Made by a program: the position numbers and the translations under genes
The notes under the pieces: model-generated
What the model saw: only the letters and a program-made list of their open reading frames with translations
What the model was told of the DNA's origin: nothing
The model's database searches: none
Shown here: positions 53,072 to 62,318 of the stretch, one piece after another
How the letters are laid out: each line of letters begins with the position of its first letter
Numbering within the stretch: position 1 is the first letter of the stretch
From: an uncultured Planctomycetales bacterium
GTDB lineage: Bacteria; Planctomycetota; UBA1135
NCBI GenBank assembly: GCA_964584805.1
Contig: CAZPAY010000002.1
Span: 80,311-144,310, forward strand
Direction of reading: 5' to 3'
DNA length: 64,000 bases

Positions 53072-56001
53072 CCTTTCACGACCACACCGTGGCTGGTTCG
53101 ACCGTCGATGAGAATCGACAATGGTTGGGCCAGCCGCAGCCATTTGAGGCCATTGGCCCCCTCGCGGACAACATCTTGTTTGCGCAGCCAATCAAAATCT
53201 AAACTGCCGTCGCCGTGCTCTGGGTTGACGGTCATGTAACCGACACCAAACGATGTCATATTGTGGAAGAAGTGTGAGCCTTCGGATGGCTCAACCTTGA
53301 AATCTTCAAAGCCACATTCAATCACCGTTTTCGCACCGGCAATTTGACCCCATTCGACGGGGATGCCCAACCAGGAATCACTCGACCCCCATCGGCCTGG
53401 GCCGACGAGTAGATAGGGCCGGTCGTCGGACTTGAGTGCCGCATTGAATTCACCCACGCTTGACGCAGTCTTGATGGATTCACTCCGCTCAAAATTTTCG
53501 GGGTCGACAAAGAGCACATCAAAAATATCGCTTGTGCGGCCATTGCCAAGTGCGCGCTGGCTCGTGACTACGGTTTGCGCGGTTTCAAAGTCAGACAGGT
53601 CGACATGTACTTGCTCTTGCGAAACCACCATGGGCCGCATTTGCAGTAAAGCCAACTCGCGTGGCTCATCGCGTGGGCCGTCGAGGTCGGCGGCAAATTC
53701 AATTTCTACGGCTGTGCCCATACCCCATGCACCCGTTTGCAATACCTCGTCAATGAGCTCAGGCAAAGGGAAAATGCCGTGTTTTAAAATGCTCGCAAAA
53801 CTGACAATGCGTACACCGGGTCGAGCGGTGCCGTCGTAAATCGTGCCATTTTCGGGAGAGTAAACAGACCCGACTTTCGCAAGCACACCATCTTGATCGG
53901 CTTGTTGAATCGGGAAGCGCGTGGGCTGCATGCAAACTTCGGGCACGCAGATATCGCAACTGCAGTCATTTTTTAGCCCATAAAAATCACGCTGCGCATT
54001 CTTAAGGATGTCGTCCACCAGCGAAAACTGCGGCAAGTGCCTTGGGTGACGCGGGCAAAAACGCAAACCACCCGAACCGCCAACCACCGTTGCTCCAAGA
54101 CCGAGCGCAATTTGGCAAACGCCATCATCGGGCTTAACCGGCCCATGCGGGTAATGGTTAACCGAGCAAGCCACGCCGGCCAAGGTTGGGTAGCAAGAAT
54201 TCGATGCGCGCTGCCGACCAAAAAGCTCTTGCACGATAACGCCCATCTTTTCTTCTTCGTGGTGATAGGGCGTGGCTTCGATGTAGGTGCAGGAGCGCTG
54301 CGAATAAGTGGAGGCGTAAACTAACTTTACCGCATGGCAAAGTGCACGCAGGCGATCGTCAAGATTGTCGCGCTCATTGGGTAGCATCAAAGTCTCGTAA
54401 ATGCCCGCAAATGGCTGATTGTGGCTGTCTTCAAGCAAAGAAGAAGAGCGCACTGCGATAGGTTTGCGCACGACTTTGAGGTAAGCGCGTAAATCTTCAA
54501 CCAGGTTTCTTGGCAAACTCGCTGACACAAAGAGTTCTTTGACAGCATCATCGTCAAGTCCAGCGACCGCCTCTACACCGAGATTATTTTCGAGAAGGAA
54601 TCGATCAAATTGATCGGTCGTAATCACCACGGCGGGGGGGACCGTGATGCGGACATTTTCATATTTTTCGCCGATGCGATACATCGACAACATGTAATTC
54701 AAAAATGCCAAGCCGCGTGCTTTTCCACCGAGAGAGCCGTGGCCGATACGCGAAATTGAGGCAGTATTGTCAAAATTGCGGCGGTCAAAATCAGCAATCG
54801 CTCCACGCTGAGATTCGCGACGAGCCTCGAGTAGTTCCGCTAATAGGTAACTGCGCAAATCCTCGGCGTGGGCGAAATCTGAAACGCGTCGATTGGCAAT
54901 GCGTTCGGCTAATTGAAACTCAGTGCGCGCGCGAAGCCAAAGTGAAAATTCATTTCGCACAGCGTGATACAGAAGAGATTCAACGGGCAGTGAGCGGACG
55001 ACTTCCTCCATTTCGTGGGTGTCTTCTGCAATGCCAACCTCTGAGCCATCCGGCGCGCGGAATACGAATGGCCCAAACCCAAAGTTGTCGAGCATGAACC
55101 GTCGCATGGCTCGGTGCAGGCGTGGGGTGTTTTTGTTGAGAAAAGATGCCTCTAGCGCTTCAGTCCAGTCACGGTTTTTGTCTTCGGAAGATTGCACCAA
55201 GACGGGCATGTCGGGGTATTTTTCTTTGACGGTGCGTACAAAGTTAAACCCAGAGTCGTCGACGGGCTTGCCCTCAGGTGTTGCAGGAAAACTAGCGTCA
55301 GAAATTACGCCAATCAAATGCTCGTGATGTTCAGCAAAAAGTTTCTGTGCTGTCTCTAAATCTTTGGCGAGTATTACTTTCGGTCGTGCGCGCAGTCGCA
55401 ATAATTTATGTGCAAGGTTTGCCCCTTCGGTGATGACATGCTGGGATTGCGCCATCATTTCGGTGAACAGAATCGGCAGATAAATCGACAAGAAATTAAC
55501 CGAGTCTTCGACCAGCAAAACCGCCTGCACGCCAACGCGCGCGGCATCGTGTGCGAAATTGGCCTGGTCTTCGATTAGCTTGATGGTCGCCAGCATCAAT
55601 CGACTGTCACCATTCCAGACGCAAGTGTGGTCGAATGGGTTGCAATCAGTACATGCCAAAAGGGAGTCAATGCTTGCCGCGTCATAGCCCAACAGCACCA
55701 TCGGGATGGCGCCAAACTCACTGCGGACTTCCTCGGCGAATTCGACTGCACTAATCGCTCCCAATTGCGGCGTCACTAAAATCAAGTCATAACGCCCATG
55801 CTCGTTTAACTCGTCAAGTGCCTCTGCACCCGTCGAAACCCGCTTTACTCGCGGGGCGTAGCGCAACTTTAGCTCGGCGTAATCGGATAAAACGGGGTCG
55901 CTATCTTGGCCGTCTTCCTGAAAAGTAAAGGAATCGTAAAGGCTCGAAACTAAGAGCACCTCGCGCACGCGAAAGGGCATAAGGCTCTCGAAGCCTTGCA
56001 T
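53068..56001 (-). CDS. Pseudo-receiver + receiver + PEP/pyruvate-binding (PPDK_N ATP-grasp-like) domain protein
   Basis: REC-like 1 lacks the acidic residues (LLVSSL, DLILVTPQLG). REC 2 is canonical (LLVEDS, LIGVISDASFP, VLVQSS, LNKNTP). Then GSLGGKARGLAFLN, AVRSSSLLEDS...FAGIYET, GPGRWGSSDSWLGIPV and GSHFFHN. An alternative TTG start is at 56043. Confidence 0.8.
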   Translation of the reverse strand: MQGFESLMPFRVREVLLVSSLYDSFTFQEDGQDSDPVLSDYAELKLRYAPRVKRVSTGAEALDELNEHGRYDLILVTPQLGAISAVEFAEEVRSEFGAIPMVLLGYDAASIDSLLACTDCNPFDHTCVWNGDSRLMLATIKLIEDQANFAHDAARVGVQAVLLVEDSVNFLSIYLPILFTEMMAQSQHVITEGANLAHKLLRLRARPKVILAKDLETAQKLFAEHHEHLIGVISDASFPATPEGKPVDDSGFNFVRTVKEKYPDMPVLVQSSEDKNRDWTEALEASFLNKNTPRLHRAMRRFMLDNFGFGPFVFRAPDGSEVGIAEDTHEMEEVVRSLPVESLLYHAVRNEFSLWLRARTEFQLAERIANRRVSDFAHAEDLRSYLLAELLEARRESQRGAIADFDRRNFDNTASISRIGHGSLGGKARGLAFLNYMLSMYRIGEKYENVRITVPPAVVITTDQFDRFLLENNLGVEAVAGLDDDAVKELFVSASLPRNLVEDLRAYLKVVRKPIAVRSSSLLEDSHNQPFAGIYETLMLPNERDNLDDRLRALCHAVKLVYASTYSQRSCTYIEATPYHHEEEKMGVIVQELFGRQRASNSCYPTLAGVACSVNHYPHGPVKPDDGVCQIALGLGATVVGGSGGLRFCPRHPRHLPQFSLVDDILKNAQRDFYGLKNDCSCDICVPEVCMQPTRFPIQQADQDGVLAKVGSVYSPENGTIYDGTARPGVRIVSFASILKHGIFPLPELIDEVLQTGAWGMGTAVEIEFAADLDGPRDEPRELALLQMRPMVVSQEQVHVDLSDFETAQTVVTSQRALGNGRTSDIFDVLFVDPENFERSESIKTASSVGEFNAALKSDDRPYLLVGPGRWGSSDSWLGIPVEWGQIAGAKTVIECGFEDFKVEPSEGSHFFHNMTSFGVGYMTVNPEHGDGSLDFDWLRKQDVVREGANGLKWLRLAQPLSILIDGRTSHGVVVKG

Positions 56002-56043
56002 ACGGGGGCCCTTCCCCGGAGCGCGTTGCTCGTGCGGAGGCAA

Positions 56044-56595
56044 TTAAAACTCAACCTTTGGCGCGACGCGTGCCTCAGGAATATCGAGCTCAAAGAACTC
56101 ATGGAGCTGAAAACCAAACATACTCGCGATGATGTTGGATGGGAATTGCTGCACCTTATTATTGTTGGCGCGGATGTTGCCGTTGTAAAAACGCAGAGCG
56201 GCTTGGATGCGATTTTCAGTGTTGGCAAGCTCGTTTTGCAGCTCAAGGAAATTCGGGCTGGCTTTTACTTCAGGGTAAGCCTCAAGCCGCACCATCAACT
56301 TAGAAAGCACTCCCTGTAGTGCACTTTCGTCTGCGGCCTGCGAAGCGATTGTGCCATTGTTGTTTGAAGCCTTCTCGCGCATAGCGGTGACCTCTTCAAT
56401 CAGCTCGCGCTCATGCTTGGCAAAACCCTTGACCGTATTCATTAAATTAGGAATCAATTCATAACGGCGCTTTAGCTCGGTGTCGATATTCGACCAAGCC
56501 TCCTCGCATTGGTTACGGATGGAAACAAGGCCGTTGTACATCCCGATAAAAATCAGCGGGATGAGGACGGCAACAGCAACGAGAGGCCAAAGCAT
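56044..56595 (-). CDS. lemA: LemA family protein
   Basis: N-terminal TM helix, then YNGLVSIRNQCEEAWSNIDTELKRRYELIPNL...RFYNGNIRANNNKVQQFPSNIIA. Confidence 0.9.
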   Translation of the reverse strand: MLWPLVAVAVLIPLIFIGMYNGLVSIRNQCEEAWSNIDTELKRRYELIPNLMNTVKGFAKHERELIEEVTAMREKASNNNGTIASQAADESALQGVLSKLMVRLEAYPEVKASPNFLELQNELANTENRIQAALRFYNGNIRANNNKVQQFPSNIIASMFGFQLHEFFELDIPEARVAPKVEF

Positions 56596-56613
56596 GATGA
56601 GATTCTAATCGAT

Positions 56614-57303
56614 TTAATCGCGGAAAAGGTAATCAGGCATAAGTCGCCGGATCTGAGTGAGTTGCTCGAAGAAGTCGTCAAGCTCATTGGCGTGCAGTCT
56701 GTTTTGATCGTAGATCGCGAGCGTGTCGCCTTCGAGCTCAAGAGCGGTTTTGGGATGTTTGAGTAAATGCTCCATCATGCCTGTGTTGCAAAAATCAAAA
56801 GCAAACTTCTTGTCGTCGCTACGCACACAGAATTTTTTCGAAAACTCGATCGATTCAAAATCGATGTCGTCGGCGCCGAGCATTTGTCCCAATTTTGAAA
56901 GCAGGCCCTCAGGGTGAATCCGCAACTCAGGGAATGCCCGCTCTAAATGCACCAAAATCACTCCAAAGTGGTGGTGATGGGTCTGCCGATTGCCCTTTGA
57001 GTCGCTGGAATGCGTTTCGTAATGAAAGTTAAAGGCGCGCGCCTCGCGGCCACCCCAAGTGCCGGCCAAATTGTCGTAGCTGTAGCGATTGCTCCCTTTC
57101 CGCATTTTGTCGAGAAAGGAATATTGGCGATAAGTCTCGCGATTTTTGTCAGGTGAGTATGCCCAACCCGCTTGCGCTGAAGCCCAAGCCTCAAAAGCCT
57201 CACGCCGTTTTTTCGCTTGAAGGTAACTCCAGTAAATCAGCCCAATGAAAGCTGCGATTGCAAGGACGAAAAGGAGTGTCTGCATTGCCTCATCATAAAC
57301 CAA
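56614..57303 (-). CDS. N-terminally anchored protein, function unknown, upstream of lemA
   Basis: MQTLLFVLAIAAFIGLIYWSYL anchor, and a HHHH run. It is separated from lemA by 18 nt. An alternative start is at 57285. Confidence 0.65.
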   Translation of the reverse strand: MVYDEAMQTLLFVLAIAAFIGLIYWSYLQAKKRREAFEAWASAQAGWAYSPDKNRETYRQYSFLDKMRKGSNRYSYDNLAGTWGGREARAFNFHYETHSSDSKGNRQTHHHHFGVILVHLERAFPELRIHPEGLLSKLGQMLGADDIDFESIEFSKKFCVRSDDKKFAFDFCNTGMMEHLLKHPKTALELEGDTLAIYDQNRLHANELDDFFEQLTQIRRLMPDYLFRD

Positions 57304-57325
57304 ACAACTCGCCGTCCGTCACCCT

Positions 57326-57361
57326 AAAAGAAAAGCAGGCGCAAGGAAAACCTTGCGCCTG
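57326..57361 (-). terminator. Rho-independent terminator of gdhA
   Basis: On the minus strand: CAGGCGCAAGG-TTTT-CCTTGCGCCTG (perfect 11-bp stem) followed by CTTTTCTTTT, about 35 nt after the gdhA stop. Confidence 0.85.
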
Positions 57362-57396
57362 CAGTGTGTTGGGTGATGGAACACCCAGGAACAACT

Positions 57397-58761
57397 CTAG
57401 ACCAAGCCTTGATCCAGCATCGAGTTGGCGACCTTGAGGAAGCCAGCGATGTTTGCTCCATTCACATAGTTGCTCGGCGTGCCGTATTGGGCGGCGGCGT
57501 CGAAAGCAGCATCGTGGATGTCTTGCATGATGGATTGCAGCTTGTTGTCGACTTCTTCGCGAGTCCAAGCGAGGCGTTGAGAGTTTTGAGTCATTTCCAA
57601 ACCGGAAACGGCAACACCACCAGCATTGGCAGCTTTGCCTGGACCGTAGAGGAAATTCTCTTTGGCCATGTAGACTTCGATGCCCTCAGGAGTGGTAGGC
57701 ATGTTTGCACCTTCAGCAACCAACATACAGCCCTTGCCAACTAGGTTTGCGGCGTCGATGCCGTTGATCTCATTTTGGGTCGCACTTGGGAACGCGCAAT
57801 CACATGCGTTATCCCAGAGTGGGTTGTGATCCATCTCGCGATCGACTGGTGTGTAAACAGCATTTGGATACTTGTCGGCGTACTCGCTGATGCGGCCACG
57901 GCGGACGTTTTTCAGATCCATCATGTAAGCAAGTTTTTCGGCGTCGATGCCATCGGTATCAAGAATGTAGCCACCGGAGTCAGAGCATGAGATGGCTTTG
58001 CCGCCAAGGTCATTAATCTTTTCGATGGTGTACTGGGCTACATTGCCGGAGCCAGAAACCAAGCAAGTTTTGCCAGAAAGGTCACCGTTGTGGGCCTTGA
58101 GCATGTTTTGGGCAAAGTAAACCGTGCCGTAACCCGTAGCCTCTGGGCGAATCAAAGAACCGCCCCAGTTGAGAGCTTTGCCGGTCAAAACGCCAACAAA
58201 CTCGTTGCGGATGCGCTTGTACTGACCAAACATAAAGCCAATCTCACGACCGCCGACGCCAATGTCGCCAGCAGGCACATCGGTGTCTTGGCCGATGTGG
58301 CGGCAGAGCTCAGTCATGAAACTCTGGCAGAAACGCATCACTTCGTTGTCAGACTTGCCCTTAGGGTCAAAGTCAGAGCCGCCTTTGCCGCCGCCCATAG
58401 GCAGGGTGGTGAGGCTGTTCTTGAAGACTTGCTCAAAACCGAGGAACTTGAGGATGCCCAAGTTCACCGATGGGTGGAAACGAAGACCACCTTTGTAAGG
58501 GCCGATGGCTGAGTTGAACTCAACGCGGAAACCCTTTTGTACATGAGTTTCGCCAGCGTCGTCCATCCAAGGCACGCGGAACATAATCACGCGCTCGGGC
58601 TCAACAATGCGCTCAAGAATCTTGGCACTTTGGAACTCGGGGTGAGCTTCGAGGACACTGGAGAGAGAGGTGACAACCTCTTCAACAGCTTGGTGGAACT
58701 CAGGCTCGGCTGGGTTCTTGGCAATGACTTGCGCCATGAGATCTTTGACGAGATCGGACAT
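57397..58761 (-). CDS. gdhA: NADP-specific glutamate dehydrogenase
   Basis: KGGLRFHPSVNLGILKFLGFEQVFKNSLTTLPMGGGKGGSDFDPKGKSD. Start set at ATG 58761 (MSDLVKDLMAQV). Confidence 0.93.
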   Translation of the reverse strand: MSDLVKDLMAQVIAKNPAEPEFHQAVEEVVTSLSSVLEAHPEFQSAKILERIVEPERVIMFRVPWMDDAGETHVQKGFRVEFNSAIGPYKGGLRFHPSVNLGILKFLGFEQVFKNSLTTLPMGGGKGGSDFDPKGKSDNEVMRFCQSFMTELCRHIGQDTDVPAGDIGVGGREIGFMFGQYKRIRNEFVGVLTGKALNWGGSLIRPEATGYGTVYFAQNMLKAHNGDLSGKTCLVSGSGNVAQYTIEKINDLGGKAISCSDSGGYILDTDGIDAEKLAYMMDLKNVRRGRISEYADKYPNAVYTPVDREMDHNPLWDNACDCAFPSATQNEINGIDAANLVGKGCMLVAEGANMPTTPEGIEVYMAKENFLYGPGKAANAGGVAVSGLEMTQNSQRLAWTREEVDNKLQSIMQDIHDAAFDAAAQYGTPSNYVNGANIAGFLKVANSMLDQGLV

Positions 58762-58920
58762 GTCTAAGGTAGTGGGGGTTGGCTCAACGAGCCGGGTAAA
58801 GGAGTTGATAGTTGCGTGAATAGGCAACCATCAGGTTCGGTTTGGAAAGATAACCCCGAATGAGGTAAGAACCTAGGCTAAATCGGTGGATTTCGACTAT
58901 TTCTTTGGTTGTCTTACAAT

Positions 58921-59820
58921 ATGGCGATGAACAAGTTGCTACTAATACTGGGATTGGGTCTTATGGCCTTTTCTTGCTCGGCTCAGTCTGATGATTCCCG
59001 GGCTGTTTTGCGGTTTACCGCCATCCCTGATGACAATGCGACTGAGTTGCAGGCCAAATTTGAGCCGGTTGCCGCGTATTTGTCCGAGTCGCTTGGTGTC
59101 GATGTAAGTTATGTTTCAACAGCGAGTTATGCGGCCTCGGTCGAGGCGTTCCGTAATGGCGACATCCAGCTGGCCTGGTTTGGTGGCCTGACTGGTGTGC
59201 AGGCACGCTCGCAAGTGGCCGGTGCTGTGGCGATTGCTCAGGGTAAGGTTGACCCGAATTATCACAGCTATTTCATCGCGCACAAAGATGCCGGCTTTCC
59301 AGCGGTTGACCCGACAGCGGCTTCGGGTAAATTTCCTGTAGCATTAGCGAGTAAGAAATTTACTTTTGGCTCACCCAGTTCGACTTCGGGCCGCTTGATG
59401 CCCGAGCATTTCATCCGCCTGAATACGGGCAAGTCACCCACCGAGTTTTTCGGTGCGGCAGATGTCTTTTCTGGCAGCCACGACAAGACCGTCGCGCTCG
59501 TTGCGGCCGGCACTTTTGACGCGGGTGCGGTGAGTTACAAGACTTACGATCGCATGGTCGCAGAGGGCAAAGTTGACCCCGCCGTCTGCCAAGTGATTTG
59601 GGTGACTCCTGATTACCCTGATTACAACTTCACGGCTCACCCTTCCTTGGATGAGCAGTTTGGCCAAGGCTTCACCAAGCGTTTGCAGGGCGCATTGGTC
59701 GGCATGGATGACCCCGCATTGCTGAGTGCAGTCATGCGGAAAGAAGGGCTCATTAGCGCCACAAATCAAGATTTCGAGCCCGTTCGCGAGCTCGCTGAAA
59801 AACTTGGGTTTTTGCGATAA
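58921..59820 (+). CDS. phnD: Phosphonate/phosphite ABC transporter substrate-binding lipoprotein
   Basis: MAMNKLLLILGLGLMAFSCSAQ, LRFTAIPDDNATEL, GSPSSTSG. Confidence 0.85.
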   Translation: MAMNKLLLILGLGLMAFSCSAQSDDSRAVLRFTAIPDDNATELQAKFEPVAAYLSESLGVDVSYVSTASYAASVEAFRNGDIQLAWFGGLTGVQARSQVAGAVAIAQGKVDPNYHSYFIAHKDAGFPAVDPTAASGKFPVALASKKFTFGSPSSTSGRLMPEHFIRLNTGKSPTEFFGAADVFSGSHDKTVALVAAGTFDAGAVSYKTYDRMVAEGKVDPAVCQVIWVTPDYPDYNFTAHPSLDEQFGQGFTKRLQGALVGMDDPALLSAVMRKEGLISATNQDFEPVRELAEKLGFLR

Positions 59821-60571
59821 GTCCTCCGGCGAGGGGTTAATCGCCCAAAAGCTGTCGGTATCGTTTTCCGGCACGGCGGCTGTGCGCGATGTTTCACTTG
59901 ATGTCGCCGCGGGGGAAGCCGTTGCCTTGGTCGGCCCAAGTGGCGCCGGCAAGACGACTTTCTTGCGGGTTTTAGCTACGGCTCAAGAAGCGACTTCAGG
60001 TTCGGTGAAATTGGGCGGCCGCGATTACGCACACCTTTTTGGCGATGAATTGCAAAAGGTGCGCGCATGCATCGGCATGGTCCATCAGGATCATGCGCTC
60101 GTGCCGAATTTGCGCGTGGCTCAAAATGTGTTGTCGGGTCGATTGGGGCGACATGGTTTTTTTGGAGTGATGCGTCGTGCGGTGCGTCCACCGAAGGCCG
60201 AGTTGCTTGAGGTTCACACTTTGCTTGAACGCTTAGGCATTGCGGAAAAAATGTTTCATCGCACCGATTCTTTGTCGGGCGGGATGCAGCAACGCGTGGC
60301 GATTGCGCGGGCTTTATTCCAAGAGCCGCATGTTTTGTTGGCAGATGAACCCGTGGCATCGGTCGACCCCGCGCGTGCGGTAGATTTGTTGCGGTTATTG
60401 CGAGCCGTTGCCGAAGAGCGTCAATTGCCTTTGGTCGTGAGTCTCCACGATGTTCAGCTGGCGCGCGCCTGTTTTCCGCGCGTGGTCGGGATGCGGGCCG
60501 GCGAGGTGGTTTTTGACGCGGCCACGGGCGATGTCGAAGCCGCCGCATTTGACGAGCTTTACGCTTTATGA
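59804..60571 (+). CDS. phnC: Phosphonate ABC transporter ATP-binding protein
   Basis: Walker A GPSGAGKTT, signature LSGGMQQRVAIARAL, Walker B VLLADEP. The start is uncertain: in-frame TTG at 59804, track ATG at 59726. Confidence 0.85.
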   Translation: MGFCDKSSGEGLIAQKLSVSFSGTAAVRDVSLDVAAGEAVALVGPSGAGKTTFLRVLATAQEATSGSVKLGGRDYAHLFGDELQKVRACIGMVHQDHALVPNLRVAQNVLSGRLGRHGFFGVMRRAVRPPKAELLEVHTLLERLGIAEKMFHRTDSLSGGMQQRVAIARALFQEPHVLLADEPVASVDPARAVDLLRLLRAVAEERQLPLVVSLHDVQLARACFPRVVGMRAGEVVFDAATGDVEAAAFDELYAL

Positions 60572-61416
60572 GTGATGCGGCTCGCTCCACTGTGCTGAGC
60601 GCGATGGCCGCGCGGCCATCGGCTCTGCAAGCGCGATTGCGCGTATTGCTTTGGTTGCTCGCTGCTGGCGCAGCCGCTTGGTGGTGGTTGGGTTTGTCGC
60701 TGAGTGGTTTGATACCCCAGGCGGGTGGGCTCGAAATTGCGCGACAGTTTTTTTCAGCAGCGCTGAGCCCAGCCTTAGATTATCAGGCTGATTTTGTTCC
60801 GGACGGAAGCCCCGTGTTTTTGTGGAGTGTGGCGCAAACGATGGGGGTGACATTGCTTTACGCGGCGGCGTCTTTGAGTTTGGCTGTGACTTTGGCCTTG
60901 CCCCTTTCGTTTTTTGCTTCGTCGGCTGCCCCGATTGGAGTGCGCGTGCCTTTACGGGCTATTTTAGGTTTGGCGCGTTCGGTGCATGAACTGCTTTGGG
61001 CGGTTTTGTTTTTGGCCGCATTTGGAATGAACTCAGCAAGTGCGATTGTCGCCATTGCATTACCCTTTGCCGGCACCTTGGCGAAAGTCTGGAGTGAAAT
61101 GCTCGACGAAACTTCGCCGAATGCGGCTCGTGCGCTTGAGCTTTCTGGCGCCCGTACACGACTCGCTTTTGTGGTGGGGCGTGCTCCTTTGGCTTTTGCC
61201 GATATGGCGGCCTATGGTTTTTATCGTCTTGAATGCTCGGTGCGCGCTTCGGCGGTGCTTGGCTTTTTTGGATATCCGACAGCCGGGTATTTTTTGAAAC
61301 TGAGTTTTGAAAACCTCCATTACCGCGAGGTTTGGACTTGGCTTTATGCCTTGTTGCTGATAGTTCTTTTGTTCGAGGCTTGGAGCGCGCGTTTGCGGAA
61401 GAGGTTTGTCGCATGA
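60568..61416 (+). CDS. phnE: Phosphonate ABC transporter permease
   Basis: Polytopic, and in PhnE-like position and size. ATGA overlap with phnC. Confidence 0.8.
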   Translation: MSDAARSTVLSAMAARPSALQARLRVLLWLLAAGAAAWWWLGLSLSGLIPQAGGLEIARQFFSAALSPALDYQADFVPDGSPVFLWSVAQTMGVTLLYAAASLSLAVTLALPLSFFASSAAPIGVRVPLRAILGLARSVHELLWAVLFLAAFGMNSASAIVAIALPFAGTLAKVWSEMLDETSPNAARALELSGARTRLAFVVGRAPLAFADMAAYGFYRLECSVRASAVLGFFGYPTAGYFLKLSFENLHYREVWTWLYALLLIVLLFEAWSARLRKRFVA

Positions 61417-62318
61417 GTGCGCCACTTCACTCCAGTTCGGTGGGTCGTGATCGTGCCGCAGATGTTCAAAAACTCTGGCGCCAGCGACCTCGTGATGCTT
61501 TTTTACGGTGGAGTACATGGGCGCTTGCCAGCCTGGTCGTTACGGCCTGGGCAATGGGTGGTTTTTCTTTTGCCGATTGGTTTTCTGCAAGGCGGCTTGA
61601 GAATGCAAAACGATTCATCACGCAAGATGCCGCTCCGCATACAGACTCGCTTTCCGATTGGATCAGCCAACTCTGGATGACTCATGGTGCGGAGGGTTTA
61701 AAGGCGACTTTAGCTATATCCGTTTTGGCCATCGTCCTCGCCGCCATTTGGGCTTTGTGTCTTGCCCCGCTCACCGCACGCGTTGTGATGTCGAGAGACC
61801 CATGGATGAAAGAAGGAGGCCACCCCGCTTTGCGCTTGACTCGGCAAGTGGTTCGCTTGCTTTGCATTGCTTTGCGCGCCATACCTGAATATGTCTTGGC
61901 GTTTTTGTTGCTCGCTATTTTGGGCCAAGGTGCATGGCCAGCGGTTTTGGCTTTGGCGCTTCATAATGCAGGCATCTTGGGGCGACTCGGTGGCGAAACG
62001 CTTGAAAACCTTGAAAAGAGGCCGATGCGAGCACTTCGTGGTTTAGGCGCTAGTCGAGCTTCAATCCTTGTGCATGGGGGGCTGGCACTTGCGCTGCCAC
62101 GATTCATGCTTTACTTGTTTTACCGATTTGAGACATGCGTACGAGAAGCCACCGTGCTCGGCATGCTCGGCGTTGTTTCTCTCGGCTACTGGATTGCCGA
62201 TGCTCGCGTGCGGATGCGCTATGACGAAATGGTCTTTCTCATTGGCTTGAGTGTATTGCTTGTCATCGCAGCCGATGCACTCTCTTGGTTTGCTCGCCGA
62301 GCCGTAAGAAGGATGTGA
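61413..62318 (+). CDS. phnE: Phosphonate ABC transporter permease (second copy)
   Basis: Polytopic with an ABC permease core. ATGA overlap with the first phnE. Start set at 61413. Confidence 0.8.
   Translation: MSAPLHSSSVGRDRAADVQKLWRQRPRDAFLRWSTWALASLVVTAWAMGGFSFADWFSARRLENAKRFITQDAAPHTDSLSDWISQLWMTHGAEGLKATLAISVLAIVLAAIWALCLAPLTARVVMSRDPWMKEGGHPALRLTRQVVRLLCIALRAIPEYVLAFLLLAILGQGAWPAVLALALHNAGILGRLGGETLENLEKRPMRALRGLGASRASILVHGGLALALPRFMLYLFYRFETCVREATVLGMLGVVSLGYWIADARVRMRYDEMVFLIGLSVLLVIAADALSWFARRAVRRM

Noticed and set aside
59726-59803. The track's ATG start for phnC, overlapping phnD by 95 nt.
   Set aside because: The extra residues (MQSCGKKGSLAPQIKISSPF...) are phnD read out of frame. 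The in-frame TTG at 59804 gives a normal distance to the Walker A motif. The exact start remains uncertain.
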